Below are positions 38,624 through 48,565 of a DNA stretch of 63,037 nucleotides, one piece after another (the first letter of the stretch is position 1; each line of letters begins with the position of its first letter). The notes below the pieces were generated by a model. The model saw nothing but the letters and a program-made list of their open reading frames with translations. It did no database searches and was not told the origin of the DNA. Source of the stretch: a virus (Duplodnaviria > Caudoviricetes); the IMG/VR virus record IMGVR_UViG_3300035670_010208, positions 1 through 63,037 of that record; one strand, written 5' to 3'. Position numbers and translations under genes: made by a program.

Positions 38624-39568
38624 ATGAATCTACAAGATCTACTAAACAAAACAAAACTAAATCTAAATCAGCTAAAAAACAAAGATACAGAAACAGATAA
38701 GAAGGAGCTTTCTCCTGCAAGATGGCTTCCTGATGTCGGTTCTTATTTCGTGAGGTTTCTAACGTCAGATGAGGACGCAGATCTCAAGAAGGATATGTGG
38801 TTCCGTAAATTTGATGTTCACTTCTTTGAAAAGAAGGCTTTCATTTGTCCAAAATCTTTCGGACACAAGTGCCCACTCTGTGAATACGGGTGGGGTCTTT
38901 TCCAGCAACTAAAGGAAAAAAACTCCAAGCTAGAAAAGGATAAAAAGGATAGGAGTTACGCTCCATTTCTCCCAACGCAGAGATATGTTGTGAAACTACT
39001 AGTTCGACAGTTTGAAGATCTAAAAGGCGAAAAGCTTAACTTCGAAGAAGTGGAGCTGAAAAACGTAGGAGCTCCTATCGTAAGACTTTTCGATCTATCT
39101 GCGACAGCTATTGAAGATATCAATAAAGTAATCTTTGATCCAGAATATGGAGATATTACAAATATTCTTGAGGGTTTTGATTTCCGTCTAACAAAAGACA
39201 AAAAGAAAGAGGGTGATAAATCTATGCAGTCAACTATTTCTTTTACTGTACGACGAAATCCAAGTCCTGTCTTTAGCAAGGAGCTTCTTCCTGCTACAAA
39301 AGAAGAAAAGTTCATTGAGACTTACACAAAGATGATGGACTCTTCTCCAAGAATGCAAGAAAGGTTTGATAATCTATCAAGCGCAGATATTATCTCTCTG
39401 CTTGAAACCCATCTTTCAAAGATGAAGAATGCAGATTCTGAAACTGTTAAGTTCGACGGAGCCTCAGCAAAAGAAAAAGAACCTGAGCAGACTCAAGACG
39501 CTTTTCAGGAAAGCAGGGCTTCTAAATTTTCTGCTGCTGTATCAAAATTTGGATTTAGCTCAGACTGA
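38624..39568 (+). CDS. Single-stranded DNA-binding protein (gp32-like)
   Basis: VRFL, HFF...CPKSFGHKCPLCE zinc site, DPEYGDITNILEGFDF; lies upstream of the recombinase. Confidence 0.8.
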   Translation: MNLQDLLNKTKLNLNQLKNKDTETDKKELSPARWLPDVGSYFVRFLTSDEDADLKKDMWFRKFDVHFFEKKAFICPKSFGHKCPLCEYGWGLFQQLKEKNSKLEKDKKDRSYAPFLPTQRYVVKLLVRQFEDLKGEKLNFEEVELKNVGAPIVRLFDLSATAIEDINKVIFDPEYGDITNILEGFDFRLTKDKKKEGDKSMQSTISFTVRRNPSPVFSKELLPATKEEKFIETYTKMMDSSPRMQERFDNLSSADIISLLETHLSKMKNADSETVKFDGASAKEKEPEQTQDAFQESRASKFSAAVSKFGFSSD

Positions 39569-39586
39569 TCTGGTGCTTATGGTATG

Positions 39587-39627
39587 AACGAACGGGGATG
39601 CTCGAACAAAGCTCCCCGTTTGTTTTA
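39587..39627 (+). terminator. Rho-independent terminator
   Basis: AACGAACGGGGA...TCCCCGTTTGTT followed by T residues. Confidence 0.7.
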
Positions 39628-39650
39628 TTATAAAATATAAGGTGGTAAAA

Positions 39651-40751
39651 ATGTCAGTAAGAGAAGATATTAAACAATTAGATACAGATGATATTAAAAA
39701 TCTAATCAACAAAAAAGCTGGAAGGAATGTAGCGGCATCTTTCAAGGAAAGTAAGATGCTAGAAACTCCATATTGGATTTCCACTGGATCTAGATGGCTA
39801 GATTCAATTATTTGCAAAGGAAAAATTGCAGGAATTCCTGGAGGACATATCACAGAAATTGCGTCACAACAGGGTGGCGGTAAATCGTTTTTGGCTCTGA
39901 TGATTGCTAAAAACGCTATCGATCTTGGCTTGACTGTTGTATATTTTGATTCTGAGGGCGGTGTAGAAAAAGATTTCGTACAAAAATGTGGAATCGATCT
40001 TTCAAAGATTATCCATATCGTAGTTCCTTCTATGGAAAAAATGTTTGATACCGTAGACAATCTTCTGAGCAATACACAGAATAGATATCTTTTTATTTGG
40101 GATTCATACGCTGCAACGCCTTCTGAATCTGAAATGGTGGGTGACTATAATCCATCATCTCAAATGGCATCTGCTCCACGAGTAGCAAATCTTGCAATGA
40201 AGAAGCTTCTTGTTCCTCTTCTTGAAAGGCAGTCTACTCTTGTTGTACTGAATCAAGTTCGAGATAATATTGGAGCAGACAAGTGGACTCTTCTTAAGGA
40301 GCCATTTAAAACTCCTGGAGGCAGATCTCTGCAACACGCATACATGTTAAGAATCTGGATGTTTGTCGGTGCATCAAAAGATGATGCACTAATGAACGAA
40401 TCTGATCTTAAAATTGGACATCAAGTTTCCGCAAGAATCAAGAAGTCGAGATATGGCTCAGAAAGTAGAAGGTGCAAGTTGGCTTTTGTATGGGGTTCAG
40501 CAGAGAACCGAATTGCAGATGAAGAGTCTTGGCTAGAGGCACTAGAGGGTTGTGATAAACTAAAGAAGGGTGCGTGGTGCAAGCTCGTAATGGAAGACGG
40601 TAAAGAAGTTCCGTTCAGAGCAACTGAATGGGTTGAGAAATTAAAAGATCCAACATTCAAAAAAAGAGTTTTACAGATTTTAGACGAACACCTACTTAGC
40701 TATGATGACTCGAATAGCAAAAACGGAGATTCGTTTGAAGTACAGGATTGA
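39651..40751 (+). CDS. uvsX: RecA/UvsX-like recombinase
   Basis: ISTGSRWLD, Walker A SQQGGGKS, YFDSE, Walker B FIWDS, LNQVR and TPGG. Confidence 0.9.
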   Translation: MSVREDIKQLDTDDIKNLINKKAGRNVAASFKESKMLETPYWISTGSRWLDSIICKGKIAGIPGGHITEIASQQGGGKSFLALMIAKNAIDLGLTVVYFDSEGGVEKDFVQKCGIDLSKIIHIVVPSMEKMFDTVDNLLSNTQNRYLFIWDSYAATPSESEMVGDYNPSSQMASAPRVANLAMKKLLVPLLERQSTLVVLNQVRDNIGADKWTLLKEPFKTPGGRSLQHAYMLRIWMFVGASKDDALMNESDLKIGHQVSARIKKSRYGSESRRCKLAFVWGSAENRIADEESWLEALEGCDKLKKGAWCKLVMEDGKEVPFRATEWVEKLKDPTFKKRVLQILDEHLLSYDDSNSKNGDSFEVQD

Positions 40752-40753
40752 AA

Positions 40754-41734
40754 ATGAGACAAAAAATAGTTTTAATAGACGCTAATAATTTATTTTTTGC
40801 TTGTTATTGCGCAGATCCGACAATAAACAAAGACAATGCTCACATAGGAGGTATATCTTCTTCTCTAAAGTCTTTGCAGAAAGTTTGTACAGAGATTAAG
40901 CCACACAAAATAATATTTGTATGGGACGGCAAAGGTTCTTCTTCCTCTAGAAGAAAGATGGTGGAATCTTATAAAGAAGGAAGAAAGGCTCCTAAGCCGC
41001 TAAATCTTAACAGATATCATCAGGCAGAGTCTCCAGAAAAAGAAGCTGAAAATAGAAGATGGCAACAGGCAAGATTTATAGAAATTCTTAATTATTGTCC
41101 AGTTGTACAGATATGCGAAGCTGGCGTTGAAGCAGATGATGTCATTTCTCATCTTGTAAAAAATTACAAACACGATGACATAAAAGTAATTATGTCCAAC
41201 GATAAAGACTATCTGCAGCTTGTAGAGGAAAATGTAATTTTATACAGATTCTCTTCAAAGAGATTCTTCTCAAAGAAAGATGTTGTTGACGAATATGGGG
41301 TGCTTCCAAGTAATATGGCTCTAGCAAGGGCTGTTGAGGGAGATAAATCAGATAATCTTCCAGGCGTCCCAAAAGTTGGAATCAAGACTGTATTGAAATA
41401 TTTTCCACAATTTGCAAAAAAAGAAAATATACTAATAGATGAATTTTATGATTTAATTCATGAAAAATTGCAAGAAAAAAAACTTGCAAAATCTCTAATT
41501 AGCATGTCTTCAGAGAGGCAGGTTGTAGAAAATAATTATAAAGTAATGCAGCTTTATTCTCCATTAATTGATGCAAAGACAGCGCTTCAGATTGAATCAA
41601 TAATAGATTCAAAAGAGTATGATTTTAACGTGACAAATTTCAATTTTCAAATCATGAAAGATGGCATGTACTACTCTGAATTCATGAATCTTGTTGACCA
41701 TTTCGTAAAGATTCAAAACTTCAATAAAAAATAA
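40754..41734 (+). CDS. 5'-3' exonuclease / flap endonuclease (T4 RNase H / PolI N-terminal-like)
   Basis: LIDANN, VWDG, YKEGR, EADDVI, SNDKDYLQL and GDKSDNLPGVPKVG. Confidence 0.92.
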   Translation: MRQKIVLIDANNLFFACYCADPTINKDNAHIGGISSSLKSLQKVCTEIKPHKIIFVWDGKGSSSSRRKMVESYKEGRKAPKPLNLNRYHQAESPEKEAENRRWQQARFIEILNYCPVVQICEAGVEADDVISHLVKNYKHDDIKVIMSNDKDYLQLVEENVILYRFSSKRFFSKKDVVDEYGVLPSNMALARAVEGDKSDNLPGVPKVGIKTVLKYFPQFAKKENILIDEFYDLIHEKLQEKKLAKSLISMSSERQVVENNYKVMQLYSPLIDAKTALQIESIIDSKEYDFNVTNFNFQIMKDGMYYSEFMNLVDHFVKIQNFNKK

Positions 41735-41755
41735 TTGAAAATATATTCTTGCTTT

Positions 41756-41781
41756 TAGCCTGAGAAATTCAGGCTATTTTT
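41756..41781 (+). terminator. Rho-independent terminator
   Basis: TAGCCTGA-GAAAT-TCAGGCTA followed by TTTTT. Confidence 0.75.
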
Positions 41782-41798
41782 GTCTTAAGGAAAACTGA

Positions 41799-43145
41799 AT
41801 GAAAACAGAAAAACAAACATTCTCAAAATACGGTTTATCTTTTCAGGAAAATTTGCTAAAAATTCTTGTGCTTGAAAAGCAATTTTGCGATCAAATGATG
41901 GAAGTTCTTGACTATTCTTATTTCGAAACAGAACAGTTTAGAACTTTTTGGAAAATACTCTCTAAATACAAAAATGAATATAAAACTCATCCTACAATTT
42001 CTACTTTAGAAACAATTGTAAACACTAAAGCAAATATAGAAAATATTTCTGTATCTACACAGATAAAAGCTTTTCTATCCGAGCTTTCGAGAGTTGAAGA
42101 GATTAGAGATTCTGAATTTATAAAGCAAAAATCTATTGAATTCTGTAAAAAACAGAAAATCAAAGAAGCGATGCTTGATTCTATTAAAGATTTAGAGAAT
42201 GATGACTTTGATTCTGCTCACTCAAAAATAGATGAAAGTTTTAAGCTTGGTTTAGATAATGATGTTGGTCATGATTTCATGGACGACATTGATTACCGAT
42301 ATTCTCCTACTGCTCGAATTGCTATTCCTTATCCATGGGACTGCATGAATAGTATTACAAAAGGAGGAATCGGACAGTCTGAAGTTCATGTGGTTTTAGC
42401 GGGTACAGGTGTGGGTAAATCAATTACGCTTGTAAACTTTGCCGCAAATGCTGCAAAACTTGGCTACAATATAGTATATTATACTTTTGAAAACCCAGAT
42501 TTTGACATTGGACAACGCATGGACGCTTATCTTACAAGAATTCCAATGGAAAAACTACATAATCATAAAGATCAGATTAAAGAGGTTTCAAAAACTGTTA
42601 AGGGTAAACTTATCATCAAATCTTACCCAATGCATACTCACACCATTAGAACTGTAGAGAATCATCTAAACAGACTTAGGGCAAAAGGTATTAAGATTGA
42701 TGCTGTAGTAATTGATTATGCAGAATTGATGCTTCCCTCTGACGGAGGAACAGGATTAGATGGAGAGGTAAAGGTAATGTACGACACAGTATCTTTTGCC
42801 CAAAGAATGAATATTCCTGTCATGACAGCAGCCCAAGGAAATCGAGATGCTATTGATGAAGATGTCGTCACCATGAAACATGTTCAGGGAGCTTATAAAA
42901 AATATGGACCAATACACTTTGTACTTACATTATCTCAGGCTGGTAACGCATTCTCGGCAAAAAACCGTATCGGCAAATCAGACTTGACTTTTCCGTTTAC
43001 TAAAAACGGAGACATCATGACTATAGATATCAGAACAGGATACTCTGAAGGATTCTCTGACATCAAGAAAGAGATTGATCCAAAAGAAGAACTTCAAAGA
43101 TTTATTGAAAAACAAAAGCGTGGAAATAAAAAAAATGATTATTGA
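41799..43145 (+). CDS. Replicative DNA helicase (DnaB / gp41-like)
   Basis: Walker A AGTGVGKS, YTFE, VVIDYAELM, TAAQGNR and KNR. Confidence 0.9.
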   Translation: MKTEKQTFSKYGLSFQENLLKILVLEKQFCDQMMEVLDYSYFETEQFRTFWKILSKYKNEYKTHPTISTLETIVNTKANIENISVSTQIKAFLSELSRVEEIRDSEFIKQKSIEFCKKQKIKEAMLDSIKDLENDDFDSAHSKIDESFKLGLDNDVGHDFMDDIDYRYSPTARIAIPYPWDCMNSITKGGIGQSEVHVVLAGTGVGKSITLVNFAANAAKLGYNIVYYTFENPDFDIGQRMDAYLTRIPMEKLHNHKDQIKEVSKTVKGKLIIKSYPMHTHTIRTVENHLNRLRAKGIKIDAVVIDYAELMLPSDGGTGLDGEVKVMYDTVSFAQRMNIPVMTAAQGNRDAIDEDVVTMKHVQGAYKKYGPIHFVLTLSQAGNAFSAKNRIGKSDLTFPFTKNGDIMTIDIRTGYSEGFSDIKKEIDPKEELQRFIEKQKRGNKKNDY

Positions 43146-43164
43146 TTAAAAAAAGGGGAAAAGT

Positions 43165-46100
43165 ATGAGCGTAAATGAAAAAACAAAAAAGATTGAATCG
43201 GATTATTCAAAGTATATTGCAATGTCTAGATATGCCAGGTATCAGGATGGTCTAGATCGAAGAGAAACATGGAAAGAAACCGTAACGAGGCTTTGTTCTT
43301 TTTGGAAAGAAAAATATCCAGATTTATTTCCATACGAAGAAATGCATAAGCATATTGAATCTATGGATGATATGCCCTCTATGCGTTCTCTTATGACAGC
43401 AGGAAAGGCATTAGATCGTGATCAAGTTTCTGGTTACAATCCTGTTGTGGGTTCTACCCGTGTTGTCACTAGAGAATTTGGAAACGTCGCCATTTCATCT
43501 TTGAAAGATAAAACCGCGACAGTTTTGAATATTGACGGTAAATGGACTCAAGCGTTCTTTAGAAGCTATGGTTGCCAGAATATATTTTCTGTAAATACGA
43601 AATTAAATTCTAATACGGAAAAAACTGTAGGTTGTACAGGTAATCATCGGTGGGTATTACAAGACGGTACTGTAAAATCAACCTCAGAGCTAAAAGCCGG
43701 AGATAGAATTAAATTTGTTTCTGCGCAAAAACCTGAATTAGATGAAGATTATGAACTCGGCGTTAGACATGGTATAATATATGGAGATGGAACTGCTACA
43801 AAAACTTGCGAAAGAGTAAAAGGATATCACATAAGACTATGTGGCGACTCTAAAGAGTTGATTTCATGGTTTTCAGAATATCCAGTAGCGTACCCTCCAA
43901 GCGCAAACGGCGATCCTGTTATAATGATGTATGATGCATTTGCAGCTACTCATTCACTGAAACAGTTGCCACCAGAAACAGAAAGCGATAGTTATTTACT
44001 AGGGTTTATTAGAGGATGGATGGCGGCAGATGGATCTGTGACAAAAACTTCTCAAGTTTCACTTTGCACGTCAGATTCCGGGCTGGAATGGCTACAGAAT
44101 AATGGAGAGCGTCTCGGATTTGTAATTCAAAGAGTTTACAAGCAATCGTCAGAAACAAATTACGGAAAGAGGCGACAGAACAGTTATGTTATTTACATAA
44201 GTCGTTCTTCTTGTACAAAAGAAGATTTTCTTTGTTCGTGGAAAAGAAATAACTTTCAAGAACTAAATTCTCATTTCGTCGTTTCTTCAGTTGAAGAAAC
44301 ACAAAATGTAGAAGAAGTGTTTTGTGCAGAAGTGCCAGAAACAAATACATTTGTTATTGAAGGAGGGATGGTAACAGGAAACTGTTCATATTTGCCAATC
44401 AATGATCCAAGATGTTTTGATGAGGCGATGTATATCCTCATGTGCGGAACTGGCGTAGGCTTTTCTGTAGAGAGACAAGAAGTATGCAAATTACCATCAA
44501 TTCCAGATGAACTTTTTGAATCAGAAACAGTTATCAAAGTAAAAGATTCAAAAATTGGATGGTGTACTGGTCTTAGAGAATTGATTTCATTACTTTATGC
44601 AGGAAAAATCCCAAAATGGGATCTGTCAGGACTTAGACCAGCAGGCTCTAGGCTCAAAACATTTGGCGGTAGATCAAGTGGTCCACAGCCTTTAAATGAT
44701 GTATATTCTTTTATTGTTTCAATATTCAAGAGAGCGGCAGGAAGAAAACTCACTTCTATTGAATGCCATGATATTGTATGTAAAATAGCAGAATGTGTTG
44801 TGGTCGGTGGTGTTAGAAGAAGCGCCCTGATTTCGCTTAGCAATCTTTCTGACGAGAGAATGCGAGACGCAAAGACAGGACAGTGGTGGGAAAAAGATGT
44901 ACAGCGTGCATTGGCAAATAATTCTGTTGCATATACAGAAAAGCCAGAAATAGGCATCTTTATGAAAGAATGGCTATCTCTTTACAATTCAAAATCTGGC
45001 GAGAGAGGAATTGTAAATAGACATTCTGCAAAGAAAAATGCGGTTAACACAGGAAGAAGAGATCCTAATCATGATTTTGGAACAAATCCATGTCTTACTT
45101 CTGATACATGGATCTTTACTGACTCTGGTGCAAAGCAAGTAAAAGATCTTGTCGGTATTCCATTTACTGCAATACTTGATGGCAAAAAGTATCCTTCTAC
45201 ATCACAAGGATTTTTCTCATCTGGCATAAAACAAGTTTATCAAGTCAAATTAAAGAATGGAATGTCTATTAAATGCACAGGAAACCACAAATTTTTGACC
45301 AAAAATGGCTGGAAAAAAGTGGAAGAGATGGGTTCCGATGAGCATATTATTCTTGATAACAATCAAGGATTACATACATCTTGGGGTTCGAAACGTGGTG
45401 ATTTCGAAAAGGGATGGCTTCTTGGTTCGCTATATGGTGATGGAAATATAGCAAAAGATACTGCAAATCTTGATTTTTGGGGAGACAATAGATATGAAAT
45501 GCAGAATCTTTCTAAGATGTACTTAACTGAATTCCTTGTATGCAGAACAGATTGCGGAACAGGCATTGGACAACCAGAACATGACAGAGTAAGAATTGGT
45601 TCTCTATCTCTAAGAGAACACGCAATTGCATATGATATGTATGACTTTGACACAAAATCAAAGAAGATATCTGAACTTGTAGAAAAAGAATCTTCAGATT
45701 TTACAAGAGGATTTTTATGCGGTTGGTTTGATGCAGACGGAAGTGTGCAGGGAAATCATAAGAAAGGAATTAGTGTTAGACTCTCATCTTCTGATCTCAA
45801 AGCACTTCAGTATGCACAGAGATCACTTTCTAGACTAGGAATTGTTTCCAAGATATACGAAAATAGGCATGATGCTGGATACAGACTGCTTCCAGACGGA
45901 AATGGCGGATATAGAGAATATCATTGTAATGCAACACACGAACTTGTTGTATCCAACAAGAGCGTTCAAGCGTATTCAGAAATTGTTGGATTCAAGGATT
46001 CTAATAAGAATTCAAGACTGATGAATTATCTCTCTTCATATAAGAGAGAAATGAATTGTGATAAATTCTCTAGCAAAATAAAATCAATTATAGCAATTGG

Positions 46101-47094
46101 AGAGCAAGAAGTATTTGACTGTCAGATTCCTGAAAAGAATGCGTTCAGTGCAAACGGACTTGTGTCTCATAACTGTGGCGAAATCTCCCTTAGACCATTT
46201 GGATTCTGCAACCTTTCTGAAGTTATTGTAAGAGAAGATGATACTTTAGAATCACTTCTGAACAAAGTTAGAGTTGCTACAATTATTGGAACATTTCAGT
46301 CTACTCTTGTTAATTTTAGATATCTAAGAAGCATATGGAAAAAGAATGCAGAAGAAGAAAGGCTCCTAGGTGTTTCTCTAACAGGTATCATGGATCATCC
46401 CACGATGTCTGGAAAAGACGGCAAAGAAATATTAGAAGCATGGCTTGCAAAGCTAAAGCAGTGTGCTATTGATACAAATAAAGAGTGGGCAGAGAAACTC
46501 GGTATTAATCAGTCTGCCTCTATTACTTGTGTCAAGCCTAGCGGCACAGTATCTCAGCTTGTAAATTCATCTTCAGGTATTCATCCAAGATATTCAAAGT
46601 ATTATATAAGAACTGTCAGAGCAGATAAAACAGATCCTTTGGCTTTATTTTTGATGATTCAGGGTGTTCCTTGTGAAGATGATGTAACAAAACCAAACAG
46701 CACATATGTATTTAGTTTTCCAATGAAATCTCCTGACAATGCTGTCACCGCTCCAGAAATATCGGCTATCGAACAACTAGAGCTATATCTTACATATCAG
46801 AGATATTGGACAGAACACAATGTTTCAATTACAGTTTATGTAAGAGAACATGAGTGGATGGAAGTAGGAGCATGGGTTTATAAACATTTTGATGAAATTG
46901 GTGGAGTATCTTTTCTACCATATTCAGATCATGTTTACAAGCAGGCTCCATATCAACCAATCTCAAAAGAGCAATATGAAAAATTGGCTCTAGAGTTTCC
47001 AGATATAAATTGGGAACAGTTTATTGAATCTGGAGATACCACCAAGGGTGCTCAAGAGTATGCTTGTGTTAGCGGGATGTGTGAGCTTATCTGA
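43165..47094 (+). CDS. nrdJ: Class II (adenosylcobalamin-dependent) ribonucleotide reductase with two inteins; ~634 aa after splicing
   Basis: SRYARY...RRETW, PSMR, YN^C, GTGVGF, VVGGVRRSA, TNP^CGEI, CNL, TCVKPSGT and C-terminal CVSGMC. Confidence 0.93.
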   Translation: MSVNEKTKKIESDYSKYIAMSRYARYQDGLDRRETWKETVTRLCSFWKEKYPDLFPYEEMHKHIESMDDMPSMRSLMTAGKALDRDQVSGYNPVVGSTRVVTREFGNVAISSLKDKTATVLNIDGKWTQAFFRSYGCQNIFSVNTKLNSNTEKTVGCTGNHRWVLQDGTVKSTSELKAGDRIKFVSAQKPELDEDYELGVRHGIIYGDGTATKTCERVKGYHIRLCGDSKELISWFSEYPVAYPPSANGDPVIMMYDAFAATHSLKQLPPETESDSYLLGFIRGWMAADGSVTKTSQVSLCTSDSGLEWLQNNGERLGFVIQRVYKQSSETNYGKRRQNSYVIYISRSSCTKEDFLCSWKRNNFQELNSHFVVSSVEETQNVEEVFCAEVPETNTFVIEGGMVTGNCSYLPINDPRCFDEAMYILMCGTGVGFSVERQEVCKLPSIPDELFESETVIKVKDSKIGWCTGLRELISLLYAGKIPKWDLSGLRPAGSRLKTFGGRSSGPQPLNDVYSFIVSIFKRAAGRKLTSIECHDIVCKIAECVVVGGVRRSALISLSNLSDERMRDAKTGQWWEKDVQRALANNSVAYTEKPEIGIFMKEWLSLYNSKSGERGIVNRHSAKKNAVNTGRRDPNHDFGTNPCLTSDTWIFTDSGAKQVKDLVGIPFTAILDGKKYPSTSQGFFSSGIKQVYQVKLKNGMSIKCTGNHKFLTKNGWKKVEEMGSDEHIILDNNQGLHTSWGSKRGDFEKGWLLGSLYGDGNIAKDTANLDFWGDNRYEMQNLSKMYLTEFLVCRTDCGTGIGQPEHDRVRIGSLSLREHAIAYDMYDFDTKSKKISELVEKESSDFTRGFLCGWFDADGSVQGNHKKGISVRLSSSDLKALQYAQRSLSRLGIVSKIYENRHDAGYRLLPDGNGGYREYHCNATHELVVSNKSVQAYSEIVGFKDSNKNSRLMNYLSSYKREMNCDKFSSKIKSIIAIGEQEVFDCQIPEKNAFSANGLVSHNCGEISLRPFGFCNLSEVIVREDDTLESLLNKVRVATIIGTFQSTLVNFRYLRSIWKKNAEEERLLGVSLTGIMDHPTMSGKDGKEILEAWLAKLKQCAIDTNKEWAEKLGINQSASITCVKPSGTVSQLVNSSSGIHPRYSKYYIRTVRADKTDPLALFLMIQGVPCEDDVTKPNSTYVFSFPMKSPDNAVTAPEISAIEQLELYLTYQRYWTEHNVSITVYVREHEWMEVGAWVYKHFDEIGGVSFLPYSDHVYKQAPYQPISKEQYEKLALEFPDINWEQFIESGDTTKGAQEYACVSGMCELI
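43441..44382 (+). mobile_element. Class 3 intein (314 aa, Pro1, WCT motif) with LAGLIDADG endonuclease
   Basis: YN/PVVGSTRV...TGNHRW...HGIIYGDG...RGWMAADG...VFCAEV...VTGN/C. Removal restores GYNCSY. Confidence 0.85.
45091..46173 (+). mobile_element. Canonical class 1 intein (361 aa) with LAGLIDADG endonuclease
   Basis: TNP/CLTSDT...TGNHKF...LGSLYGDG...GWFDADG...VFDCQI...VSHN/CGEI. Removal restores TNPCGEI. Confidence 0.92.
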
Positions 47095-47123
47095 TATTTA
47101 GAATAATAAACGATATGTTCTTG

Positions 47124-47160
47124 ACAAGGGCCAGAGAAATCTGGCCCTTGTTTCGTTTTG
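47124..47160 (+). terminator. Rho-independent terminator
   Basis: ACAAGGGCCAGA-GAAA-TCTGGCCCTTGT: 12-bp stem with a GNRA loop and a T-rich tail. Confidence 0.85.
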
Positions 47161-47181
47161 TGTCGTGATTAATATGTATAT

Positions 47182-47436
47182 ATGCACGGAATTCCTGACA
47201 AATCACAATTTACATGGTTCAATAAAAATACAATGGCTGTTTATAGAACAGAGGTATTTACTTATACTCTTTGGCAACATAAAGATGATACATGGGGTTG
47301 TTCAATAGATATGAAACTTGATTATGGCCTTGCCAACGCTATAGGAACAGGAAGAGGAAACTCATGGGAAGAAGCGTTACGAGAAGCAAGAATGAACACT
47401 ATGATCAAGCTAATGTCTTTGTATAATAAAGTATAA
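47182..47436 (+). CDS. Hypothetical protein
   Basis: 84-aa ORF with protein-like composition. Confidence 0.6.
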   Translation: MHGIPDKSQFTWFNKNTMAVYRTEVFTYTLWQHKDDTWGCSIDMKLDYGLANAIGTGRGNSWEEALREARMNTMIKLMSLYNKV

Positions 47437-47445
47437 AGAGAAATA

Positions 47446-47625
47446 ATGATAAAGTTTTTTAAAACATTTAGAATATGGAAAGAAAGACCTGGAGCTATAT
47501 CTCCTGGTTCGTGTTGGTGTGCTTCTTATTTTGGATGTTATCTTCATGTCCGAGAATCATTTCTAGGTCTTCTATGGGAACTAATTACACAGTTTCGACA
47601 CGAACGACATATTGTGGGGCACTAA
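47446..47625 (+). CDS. Small hypothetical protein (59 aa)
   Basis: Manual translation MIKFFKTFRIWKERPG...RHIVGH*; fills the gap exactly and its stop abuts the next ATG. Confidence 0.6.
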   Translation: MIKFFKTFRIWKERPGAISPGSCWCASYFGCYLHVRESFLGLLWELITQFRHERHIVGH

Positions 47626-48156
47626 ATGACATCTCCTGTTGTACATAATTCTAAAAATAATGAATGGTACACTCCATCAAATATATTAGATTTGGCTAGA
47701 TTGTTTCTGGTAGAAATAGATTTAGATGTAGCTTCTTGTGAAACCTCAAATATAAACGTAAAAGCTAAAAACTATTTCGATTTAAATAACGACGCATTGT
47801 CTAAAAATTGGAATGCTAAAACTGTATGGATGAATCCGCCGTATAGCAAAGACCTTTTTGATAAATTTATAAACAAATTTATTCAAGAATTTGAGAACAA
47901 ATCCTTTCAAAAAGGTGTTGTGATAACAAACAATAATACAGAGACAAAAGCTGGACAGATGCTTTTAAAAAATTGTAGCTTTGCACTTTTCTTCTCTAAA
48001 AGAATTAAGTTTCTAAACAAAAATCTAAAACCAGCCAATACCCCAACACAAGGTCAGGTGTTATATTTCTTTGGAGCAAGCAAGGATGATTTTGTGCTTC
48101 TTGAAAAAGAAATAGAGAAACATGGAACTATTTTGTTTAATTATAAAAATATGTAA
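47626..48156 (+). CDS. Phage DNA N6-adenine methyltransferase (T1 Dam-like family)
   Basis: EWYTP, DLDVAS, DALSKNW, VWMNPPYS and RIKF. Confidence 0.85.
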   Translation: MTSPVVHNSKNNEWYTPSNILDLARLFLVEIDLDVASCETSNINVKAKNYFDLNNDALSKNWNAKTVWMNPPYSKDLFDKFINKFIQEFENKSFQKGVVITNNNTETKAGQMLLKNCSFALFFSKRIKFLNKNLKPANTPTQGQVLYFFGASKDDFVLLEKEIEKHGTILFNYKNM

Positions 48157-48165
48157 GGAGTAAAA

Positions 48166-48516
48166 ATGCCTAAAAAACTAGATGACGATGTGCTTGATGC
48201 GTTGATTGAGAAAGTATGTACATTCTCTTTGGGGGCTGTTGAGACAACTTGCGACAGTTCTTTACCACAAGATGAAAAAATACAATATTTATGTAGAGCT
48301 TTTACTGAAATCCTTGGGGTTCTAATAATTTCTAGTCCGAAAAATGAACTAGAAACTGTACATAAAAATGTTATTGGCTGGCTAAATAGCGTTGTCGCCT
48401 ATAATGCTAAAATGTCTGAACTTTCTGGAATAGATGTTCTACAATCTTATCCCTCTCTTGAAACTATTTTCAGGGATATGATGTTTATATCGCCAGAGAA
48501 AAAAGTAAAAGCATAA
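48166..48516 (+). CDS. Hypothetical protein
   Basis: AAGGAG SD; 116 aa. Confidence 0.7.
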   Translation: MPKKLDDDVLDALIEKVCTFSLGAVETTCDSSLPQDEKIQYLCRAFTEILGVLIISSPKNELETVHKNVIGWLNSVVAYNAKMSELSGIDVLQSYPSLETIFRDMMFISPEKKVKA

Positions 48517-48538
48517 AACCAAATGAACTTTAAATGAC

Positions 48539-48565
48539 AAGGGGAGCAGAAGCTCCCCTTTTTTA
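48539..48565 (+). terminator. Terminator between convergent gene blocks
   Basis: AAGGGGAGC-AGAA-GCTCCCCTT followed by TTT. Confidence 0.8.

Noticed and set aside
47121-47150. Perfect TTGACA after the RNR gene as a sigma70 promoter
   Set aside because: No -10 hexamer at 16-18 nt spacing; the sequence is part of the terminator stem.
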